From: Squalus acanthias
Lineage: Eukaryota
Direction: 5' to 3'
DNA: 64,000 bases
Assembly (NCBI GenBank): GCA_030390025.1
Contig: CM059432.1
Coordinates: forward strand, 36,582,001-36,646,000
Shown piece after piece: positions 25,040 to 34,821 of this stretch. Positions within the stretch are counted from its first letter, which is position 1. Each line of letters opens with the position of its first letter. The notes below the pieces were generated by a model, which was not told the origin of the DNA, ran no database searches, and worked only from the letters and a program-made list of their open reading frames with translations. Position numbers and translations under genes: made by a program.

Positions 25040-25475
25040 GTAGGGTGTGTTTGTGTCGCAGTGATTCGCATAGATTAGAGCGTTTGAAGGTGACAGACAT
25101 GTCTCTCTCCCCCCCTCTCTCTCCTTCTCTCTCACTCATTTGCCTGATTTGACGTCAGTGTGTGTGTGCTGGGGGGAGGGGAGAGAGTAGAACCATCCAG
25201 ACGGTGCTTTAGCAGCAATGTAATAACCGTTTAGAGGCTGGATTAGTGATGGAATCTGCTGAATTAAGATTCAGCCTTGCGTGTAAAATTATATACCGCA
25301 CTGCAGCCTTCCATTAAAATGACGGTGGCAGTTTAGTGAGACTATAATTAATATTTCGCACAGATTAGCTATTTTTAGGGTGGGCAGGAGAAGAGGGGAA
25401 GAATAGGGATAATTCAGGGGAAATTAAGATCTTGACATCAGTACTTTTGGGAATAGATATCTAGAACAGGTAACA
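25040..25475 (+). promoter_or_regulatory. Candidate intronic enhancer or internal promoter
   Basis: TE-free island with perfect CRE TGACGTCA (25150-25157), perfect MEF2 site CTATTTTTAG (25369-25378), TAAT motifs and an orphan donor CAG|GTAACA at 25470. Confidence 0.4.
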
Positions 25476-27084
25476 TGTATGTCAATCTTTGTATAAACCT
25501 GCTCTGTGTTGGGAGGGGGGAAATTACAAGTAGCTACATGTCCCTCGATTGGAAGGTGAGTTGGGAGGACTGGAGGGATGACAGCCATGGTTACCTCTCC
25601 CGAACACTATCCAGTGACAACCTGCTAGGATGTGTGTGTGTGATGGTTGGGTAGCTTGCTGAGATTATCTGGCCTCGTGATGACTGGGTACTTGGGCATG
25701 GTAACAGAATGACTGACATCATCCAGCATGAGATCGTGCCTCGAGGAAAAGCGGGAAGAGCAAATCACCACCTGAGATATTTTTAAACTTGCATGAAGCC
25801 ATTTCCATTACAATACATGGATTGTCCATAATTATAAACTGATGCCCACTTTTCTACATTCCTGGGCTTGTATCTGATACACTAAATGCTTTCACTGTTA
25901 GGATCATCTCTGGCTGCTGTCTCTGTTGTATGCAGTGAACTAGAACCGGCCTCCATGTACCTGCATGGATGCAAACATAGTCGATGACCATTTAAATGAC
26001 TGCACAGTTCATGTGCTGGTGTCCTCGTATACTGAGGTAGTGTGCCTGTGTTCTTGACTCATCTGGCGTCACGATGTAAGCACTGACGTGCTGAACCGCC
26101 TCACCATGCCTGCTGGGCAGACCTGTGAGATCCAAGAACCCATGGCAGGAAAATCGTAGCCACTGGATTTGCATGAGTGTTAAATTTAACTTAAACAGTG
26201 CTACCAACTGACCAGGGCCAGTGTGTCAAAAGTCAACAGCACTTCTGTAAAGTAAGAGTGCCTTTCAGTCCACTGTTTAACTGTGTTCCAAAATCTCTAA
26301 GTCCATGTAGAACACCACACTGCGATTAATTTGTTTTCTTTAAAACTTCCTGGGGTTGTGCTACTTACAACTTTTGCTGCTGCAGTTTGTTCCCACAACA
26401 ATCAGAGCTCTGAAGTGACAGGTCTCGAAAACATAATTGTGAGGATCAGGAAAACAGCAGTCCTGTTCCCTTTTCAAAGAGCAACCCCATTACCCACCTT
26501 ATTACCATATCCCTCAATCGCTTCTCTCTCAGAAACTGAGCCAATTGCTTTGTAAGCCTATTGTCCAATTTAGTGTCCTTCCCCAGTAACTTATCCCACA
26601 ACTCTATTATCCATAGGTGAAACATTTCCACCTGACTTCCCTTCGTAACTGCTTTTATCCTAATTTTTAACCTGATACCTGGTACTACTGGCAGCTTCTC
26701 ATTCAGATGATTCAATTTGTGTGAATTCTGTAAATGAGTCTTCTGACTCGTTCATAAGAATTTGGAGTTGATCCATAGTGCATCAGTCACTGTCCTAAAA
26801 GAACTGTTTCGGTCTTCAATTCTTTCAGTTTCTTGGTCTAATAGAAAATCGGATTTTTTGCCAAGTCCCAGCAGGAGGTGGGCACATGCTTTGAGTTCTG
26901 ATGTTTGCTTTGCTGCTAACAAAAAATTAATGGATGACCTTAATCACCTGTTATGCTGTGAGACACAGCAGATCACGGGGAAGGGAATTCATTCACAAAT
27001 TGGAATTTTTCATGTTCAGGTTACATTTTAGAAATTTTCCAGAGTGTTGGGTCTAAAACTAGCCGAGGAACAGAGGGTCCTGAA

Positions 27085-27960
27085 CCTCAACACAACCAGA
27101 GCGGGGCAATCCTAAGCCTGAGTCACATGGGCATTCCTAAACCTTAGCCAGGGAGGGGCAGTCCCAAACCGGAGCCAGGGAGGGGCAGTCCTAAACCTGA
27201 GCCAGGGTGGGGCAGTCCTAAACCTGAGCCAGGGAGGGGCAGTCCTAAGCCTGAGTCACATGGGCATTCCTTAACCTGAGCCAGGGAGGGGCAGTCCCAA
27301 ACCGGAGCCAGGGAGGGGCAGTGCTAAACCTGAGCCAGGGTGGGGCAGTCCTAAACCTGAGCCAGGGAGGGGCAGTCCTAAACCTGAGCCAGGGAGGGGC
27401 AGTCCTAAACCTGAGCCAGGGAGGGGCAGTCCTAAACCTGAGCCAGGGAGGGGCAGTCCTAAACCTGAGCCAGGGAGGGGCAGTCCTAAACCTGAGCCAG
27501 GGAGGGGCAGTCCTAAACCTGAGCCAGGGAGGGGCAGTCCTAAACCTGAGCCAGGGAGGGGCAGTCCTAAACCTGAGCCAGAGGGGAGCATTCCTAAACC
27601 TGAGCCAGGGAGGGGCAGTCCTAAACCTGAGCCAGGGAGGGGCAGTCCTAAACCTGAGCCAGGGAGGGGCAGTCCTAAACCTGAGCCAGGGAGGGGCAGT
27701 CCTAAACCTGAGCCAGAGGGGGGCAGTCCCAAACCTGAGCCAGAGGGGGGCAGTCCCAAACCTGAGCCAGAGGGGGGCAGTCCCAAACCTGAGCCAGAGG
27801 GGGGCAGTCCCAAACCTGAGCCAGGGAGGGGCATTCCCAAACCTGAGCCAGGGAGGGGCAGTCCCAAACCTGAGCCAGAGGGGGGCATTCCCAAACCTGA
27901 ACACAGCCAGGGAGGGCCATTCCCAAACCTGGACATAGCCAGAGAGGGGCAATTTAAACT
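27085..27960 (+). repeat. 27-bp G-rich minisatellite (aaacctgagccagggaggggcagtcct), about 30 copies
   Basis: Directly visible; produces 9-aa periodic ORFs in several frames. Confidence 0.97.
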
Positions 27961-28296
27961 TGAATAATTGAATGAAACCTGCCTTTAATTGTCCCATTCC
28001 TTTTATTTTTGGTCTTTGCTCTTCTTGCATTGAAGGTTCTGTTTTTCCCAATCTAATGATCTTCCTTTTCTTGTAGTACGCAGCGTGGTGTTTTATAACT
28101 GGTACTGCTGTTGGTATAGTTGTAATATCTGCTTAACTGGACTGATTATTTTTCTCCACATAATTTTCTCTTGAGAATTTTAATCTTTAACTCTCTTGTA
28201 AGTCGTCTCACACACCATAGAGGAACCTCAACACCTTTTGAATTCTTTATTAAAAAGGAAACTGATCTAGAATTGATTTGTTCCAATGTGTCTTAG

Positions 28297-28389
28297 GTCC
28301 AGATTGTGAACAAAAAAATTGACTACAGTCATGTGCAGTCAAAGTGTGGCTCCAAGGATAACATTAAGCATGTTCCTGGTGGTGGCAAT
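28297..28389 (+). CDS. MAP4: MAP4 repeat R2 exon (93 nt, counterpart of tau exon 10)
   Basis: tcttag acceptor, AAT|GTGAGT donor; [31 protein letters not shown]. Confidence 0.96.
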
Positions 28390-29642
28390 GTGAGTATTGG
28401 CTTTTGGGCTCTCTTTACACTAACCTCCTTCCATTTCAGTGCTGTCACTCGGCTTATTTAGTCTTTTAGTACCAATATAATGTAGGAAAAAGTTGCACTT
28501 ACAAGAAGTGTATCAGACAACATGAGTTAATTCATCACCTACCACGGCAACCACCGCTAGTGACGGGTCTGTAACCTCCAGTACCTCACCTTAATATTGT
28601 ACAACTCCAAGTACAGCCTACAGACAGTTCCAGTGGACACGGTCTGAAAATTTCACAGACTTTACACTGGGTGGGTGTCCTGACTACAGCCTGTTGGCCA
28701 ATGCAGCCCTTGAACCCTGCCACTCCAGCTCACAAAGCCTTGTATTTCTTATTTGCTGGTTTGCTCTATTAGAATTTTGTGGGCCTGGAGGTCAGGAAAG
28801 AACTGTCCTTAGTGCTGGTGGATCAATCCTAAATCAGACCTGTTAGAATCAGCAACTTTCAAGGCGATGGAGATAGAGCGGCCGAGTGGGACTAAGTGGA
28901 TAGCTCTTTCATAGAGTCAGCACGATGGGCTGAATGGCCTCCTTCTGTGCTGTAAGATTCTATGATTAGATATACACAAATTAACAGGAGCATAGATTTA
29001 AATTTAAGGTGGCCTCTGAGGCTCCATGGTATACACCCAAGTATCCCACGAAGACAAAGGCTTGGACACTCCTGCTTTACTGAAATCCTAGTGACAGCAC
29101 TGCATTTCCATGCCAAGGCTGCTGTATGTTGTGGTGTGAACACATTAATGGGGTGAGTGCAGGGGATACTAATCTGTTAAATCCTACAGCTGCCTTTTAG
29201 CATTTCACTGCTAAATAAGTCATTCGCTGTTCTTCTGCTACTTTGGACTTGGTTCACACAGTACTTCTACCAGGCGAGCGGCACGGAAAGAAGAGGGGAG
29301 TGGCCGACTCGGTCTCTGATTGGATGCCTCGTCTGTGTTGAGCTGGCTGATCTTAGATAGGTTAGCAGTATTGGGGAAGCTACTGTTCAACACACTGCCG
29401 TCCCTAATCACTGTCCACTCAACTCCTGCTGGGAACTTGTGTGTGGTGGTAGGATTGGCCTCGACTGAGATGCCCCCATCCCAGACGATGGCGCTGTTGA
29501 GGTTCACACGGGAGAATGGTGAGACATTGAGAGGCACCTGGCGTCTGTGGGAACCAACTCCAGTAATTGTCGGAGTCTTCAGGAGAGGAGAGGAGGAAAG
29601 AGAATTGACTGAATTTGGTAGAAATGCTACTTTTACCATGAA

Positions 29643-29935
29643 TATGGTGGTGTGGTGGTTTTGGTAGAGGACTAGCAACCCAAAGGTCATGACTTCAAAT
29701 CCCACCATGGCAAGTGTGAAATTTAATTGAATAAATCTGGTTATTTATGAGCTAGCAATGTCCTTCAGCAAAGGGAACCTGCTATCCTTATCCAGTCTGG
29801 CCGACACCCTCTGAAGTGGTGTTCAGGTGTAAGGACTGTAGCAGTTTACATAGAAGGCCCGCCGCTAACTTCTGAACCCAACTATGGATGGGGAATAAAA
29901 GCAACCTTGCCAGCATTGCTCTCTTCCCAAGCACA
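29643..29935 (+). mobile_element. Old SINE sharing head and tail with the Zenon-like LINE
   Basis: ttcaaatcccaccatggcaag head, aatgtccttcagcaaagggaacc middle, gatgggaataaaagcaaccttgccagc tail. Confidence 0.55.
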
Positions 29936-32369
29936 ATTCCTTTTTTTAAATAGTAGCTAAGCAGAGATGGGTCAGCTGTGGTTTTCAATTGCATGACCAG
30001 CAAGCCCTACCGTGTGCAGCCAGGTATTCATCCCTGTAGTGTGCATTTCCCCAGAGAGCGATGAGTGGTCATGGCTAGGATATGTGGTTTGGCATGGTGC
30101 AATATTCCACCCATTTCTGCACATATTTGCTGCCCGAGTATCGTACTTATACATACAAAGGCCCAGAGGCAGTGAGTGTACTGATTACTGAATGGTAACA
30201 GATGATCACGCCAAGTTCTGGCAGGCCAGCAAGCCTTGTCTGATGCCCCTGTACTCTTAATTAAGAGTTACTTTTGCTCTTCCACCTCTTTAATTAAAAA
30301 AAAATCAGACTTCCATTGTGGTTTTCTACTGGAGGATTTTTTTAAAAATCTGTTTATCTGTTGGTACTTCTGAAGCTTTTTTTTTTAAAAAAAAAACAAA
30401 ATGATCTGAAAAGAGTTTATAATCTTAGCTGTGGAAAAATCGGGTTATGTAAAGGTACCCTTAGTGTAGTGCCGGTCAGCTCTGGGAGCTGCCCAGACTC
30501 GTATCTAAATGGGTTTCCCTATCATATATACTTGTGTATAAGGTGAGACAACCTTACTTTCTAGCCAACAATCTACAGTGGTGGGGAGAAATTGATGATC
30601 CAGGTGTAATATCCAGTCACTACACTCTCCAGGAAATTTGTCTTCAATATTCATGTGTTGCCACCACTGTGCACAGACAAGGAGGGGGAGATCATAGATG
30701 GGAGAACGTGACTGGGCCAGGAACAAGTGAGTGTTCCCTCCTGCCACTCGGACCTGGATTGAAGCTTATGCCCTGCTTTCAACCCCCAAAGAGTGACCTA
30801 AATTTCTAGTCATCTATTTGAGTGAACATGGTGTATTTGTTATTGTACCTCTGTGCATTCTATTGTTTTTTTTTGGTATGTTTGCCATCTTGCATCCCCT
30901 CCTAGAATTTGGGCCTTTTTTTTGGAGTTTGGGGGGGTGGCGGGGGGGATGTTACAAATGATGCTGATCACTGCACTGGTTTCGGGTATTCTACTGAATA
31001 AACTTGAGCTTTTGTCCTTTGTGGAAGCAGTTACCAATGCCATGTTGTCGGAGATGGAGATCAAGGCTTCAGTTTATGGCATTTAGGAACTGAAAAGGAA
31101 GCCATTTGGCTCATTTGGGGTAGACTCATAGGGCAAAACTGGAAAATATAAACTGATTTACGTATAAGACTCTTGGATCATTATTTTGTCTGTGCACATA
31201 ATTGACCTCAATGACCCTGGTCTAAGGGAGGGGGGTGAGAAATCAGCTCCTGATCGCCCTCCAGTGGGCTTTGCTGGAAAATGAATGTGCTCACATCAGG
31301 TGAGGACAGGATGCCTAATGTCGAATAGCCTAATGAAGCTCACTAAGCTGACATGACGAATGGCCACTTGGGCAAGGTATCATCGACAACTTAGCACGCT
31401 TAGAACTGTATCCTAGCGAGGCGTCAACCTCTTCAGGGTGAAGGGGAGAGAATTGGTCAGGAAAAATAGATAGCATTCATTAGGAGCAGGTCAGTGGGAA
31501 GTCAACCAACTGGTCTGTGGAAATGGTGGTTCACCTAAGCACATGTACCTGTGCAAACACTTCTTAATGTAAACAAAAAATGGTTTTAAATCACTGGGTA
31601 AAATGCATTTTTCAAGAACCAGTAACAAAATGAACACGAGAGCCATACACAATCAGAAAACAGCTCTAGAGCTCACAGTGGAACCAACAGACGTTATGTG
31701 AGTTTAAAAAAAAATATTCAAATTACCTTTCAGCTTAGCTTATTGTGCTCGGCCTTTCATTGTAAATTTTGCTTTTGACTCCTGTGTTTTGATTTGTTTT
31801 TAAATCGCAGCCACTGTTGTCAATCTGAATTACCATAGTGGTGGCTGACCTTATTCTGAAAGAATTTTCCTCTCACTCCTCTCCAATACTTTGCACATCA
31901 TTTCCACAGGACTAATATTCAAGACCATTCTCAGCAGTCCAAAAGTGACTGTGTAACAGTGCCTTCATTTGGGCCCTTTGAGCCCATTATCGTCTTTTTT
32001 TTCTGTGCCAACTTGTCACAGACATAAGTAATACCTGTTTATATATTGGGTTTAGTGCGACACTAAGCCCTGGCTCCAGACAATAACCCTAGTGTAAATT
32101 TCCTGGATTTACTAAAGCCAGCAGGTTCACTCCAGCTTTGCTGGAAAATCATTGTGCTCACGTCAGGTGAGGACAGGATGCCTAATGTTGAATAGCCTAG
32201 TGAAGCTCGCTAGGCTGACATGACGAATGGCCACTTGGGCAAGCTTAGAACTGTATCCTAGCGAGGCGTCATTGGCTGCACAAGAACCATGCATTGAGAG
32301 CCAACGGCTTTGGCACTCTGTTAAACCCGATATATGGTTGGGTTCATTGGTGTGAAAAGGCCATTCAGA

Positions 32370-32911
32370 CTTTTTTTTATATTCATTCTCGGGCTGTGGG
32401 TGTCACTGACGGGCAATGATCCCTCTAAGCTGCGCAGCAATCTGCAAGATCCCGTGCAGGCCGCTCACTGTCTTTTCCATTGTAAATACCACGCATGCGC
32501 AGAAATTTAAAAGGACTGTGCATTAAAAGAAACAGGCCACGCAGAACAAAGCACAGCTTACAGGGAACATTGCTGGCATGGTCCGTATTTATTGCCTGTC
32601 CTTAGTTGCCCTGAGAAGATGGTGATGGGCCACCTTGCAGTTTGGTACAACTAAGTGGCATGCTAGGCCACTTCAGAGGGCAGTTAAGAGTCAACCACAT
32701 TGGTGTGGGACTGGAGTCACATATAGGCCAGACCAGGCTTCTTCCCTAAAGGATTTTAGTGAACCAGTTGAGTTTTTACGATAATCAGACAGCTTCATGA
32801 TCACTTTTACTGAGACCAGCTCTTTATTTTAATTGAACTCAAATAGTGAGATTTGAATCTAGGCCTATTGGATTACTGGTCCAGTAACATAACCACTACT
32901 CTACCGTACCC
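32370..32911 (-). mobile_element. tRNA-headed SINE made of the 5'UTR plus 3' tail of the Zenon-like LINE; contains a hAT MITE at 32414-32572
   Basis: Reverse strand aligns by eye to 58238-58570, then switches to the LINE tail seen at 21805-21890 and 47065-47150. Confidence 0.75.
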
Positions 32912-33252
32912 AGACTGTGAAAACCTATCTCTTGTACATTTATTCTCTCATTGTATTTTGAATGACTCTAGTGTTTTTATTGCTGTTACCTTACTCGGTA
33001 AATTATTCGAAACATTCATCAGCCTTTGGATAAAAAAAAGTTCTTCCTGATGGGTCTAATTCCTATTTATGTCCTCTGGGCCTAGTTTTCTGGCTTAATT
33101 GGAAGTAACGTTCTGGATTTACATTATGCGGTTTAATATTTTATGCGCCTTGATGAAGTGCATCAGTTGCTGATATGGTTCTCGTTTCTTCTTCGTCTTA
33201 AGGGTACTGACCATTGATATATTTGTATTTTGTTAAACTCTCCAATTTTTAG

Positions 33253-33334
33253 GTGCAAATTCCAAAAACGAAGGCGGACATGGGCCGTGCATCGTCAAAA
33301 TACGGATCCAAGACTAATCTAAAACACAAAGCAG
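33253..33334 (+). CDS. MAP4: MAP4 repeat R3 exon (82 nt, counterpart of tau exon 11), divergent
   Basis: tttttag acceptor, CAG|GTACTA donor; VQIPKTKADMGRASSKYGSKTNLKHKA(G); length and phase 0/1 match the family. Confidence 0.92.
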
Positions 33335-33384
33335 GTACTACTAATATATTTAAAAAAATAAACCCAAAAATTGAAAATGAAAGC

Positions 33385-33752
33385 CTTGCATTTAGGTAGC
33401 ACCTCATCATATCTCTCAAACATCCAATGCATTACTTTGAAGTGCAGTGACTGTTCTGTAGGCAAATATGGTGTCTGTGTCCCACACACGGTGCAATACA
33501 CAGCAATAATATGAATGACCTTTTAATCTGTTATTGGTGACGGCGGTTGTGGAAGGGATGTTGGCCAGAACACTTGGAGAGCTCCCTGCTCTTCTTTGAA
33601 CAGAGCCATGGGATCTTTTACAGCCACCTGAGCCATTAGAACAGACGTGGCCTTGGCTTAATGTCTCATCTAAAACGCAGCACCTCCGGCAAAGCACTCC
33701 CTCGATACTGCACGGGAGATTATGTGCTCAACTCCTGGTGTGGGATTTGAAT
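33385..33752 (-). mobile_element. DeuSINE copy
   Basis: gccatgggatcttttac core and cttgcattta tail on the reverse strand. Confidence 0.65.
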
Positions 33753-34289
33753 AAAGCCCAGTTTTGTCCATTTGTTCTACTATGTGAAGAGGATTGCAGA
33801 TTGAACCCAGGATGCTGCCAGCAGCACTGGTTTGTTTATTCTAAGATGAGATTTGTCACTTCACTAAGAGATTTTGCTTCCCCACCACCCCTCACCTCTC
33901 CTGGGGGTGCTGATCTTGCCTAGGTACAGTTCCATGGGTACAGGTAGTATTCTGGTACCTCACTCAAGTGGCCGTTCATCACGTGTGAGACTAGGGTCAA
34001 CATGATATTTGACTATATGGGAGGCAACACAGTCATGCCCGATCCTGTTCTCACTCAACATCCATGTACATTTCTTAGCAGGGGTCTTTGGTTAGCTATC
34101 GGGAGCTAAAATTTTGGTTGACCTCCTCCCCAGCTCCCTAACCTAGCCACACTGAGGACAATTAGTGCCCCAGCTGCTGCCTTGTAGAGGTCAGTTAACT
34201 TGACACCGATTTTGAACCGAAATTGGGACTGCTTAGCCTGTATAACTTAGAGCAGGTGATGGATTTACTTAATAACCCATCTGTAACAT

Positions 34290-34650
34290 GGTGTGGCATC
34301 TTGGACTAGGTTGTGGGTTCACGTCCACTCCAGGATTGGAGCATCTAATCTAGACTGCCTTTCCAGCACCGTGCTGAGGGAGTGTTGCATTGTTGGAGGT
34401 GTTTTCCTACGAATTTGATGTTCAAACTCGGGGCCCATTTGTCTATTCCAGCAGTTAATTTGAAGGAGAGCAGGAAGCTCTCATGGTGTCCTAGCCAACA
34501 TTCCTCCTTCAAACAACACTAACAAAAAAAATGCAATCATTTGTTTTATTACTGTTTGTGGGATGCTGCTGGCGTAGATGGTTGCTGTGCTTTCTACATA
34601 AGTCAGTACCCTTCAAGTATAATTCATTTTGTAAAGAACTTTGAGACACT
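34290..34650 (+). mobile_element. DeuSINE copy
   Basis: gtgctgagggagtgttgcattgttggagg; ggtgtcctagccaacattcctcc. Confidence 0.6.
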
Positions 34651-34821
34651 ACAAATTGAATTCACCTCTCCCCCTCCCAACCTGCCTCATCACTTAAATC
34701 ATCTCTTTCCACCACCGCCCCCCCCCACCCCCCGCATTCAACAGAAGCTGCAAGCAGGTTCTATATCCATCTCTACCTGGCTGCACCCACAACTTCTATC
34801 TGTTTTACTTATGTTTTTGAA

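Noticed and set aside
27085..27960. CRISPR-like array
   Set aside because: Head-to-tail repeats without unique spacers, in a vertebrate intron.
27245..28051. Long ORFs with 9-aa periodicity (268, 221 and 205 aa)
   Set aside because: Produced by a stop-free 27-bp minisatellite open in several frames.
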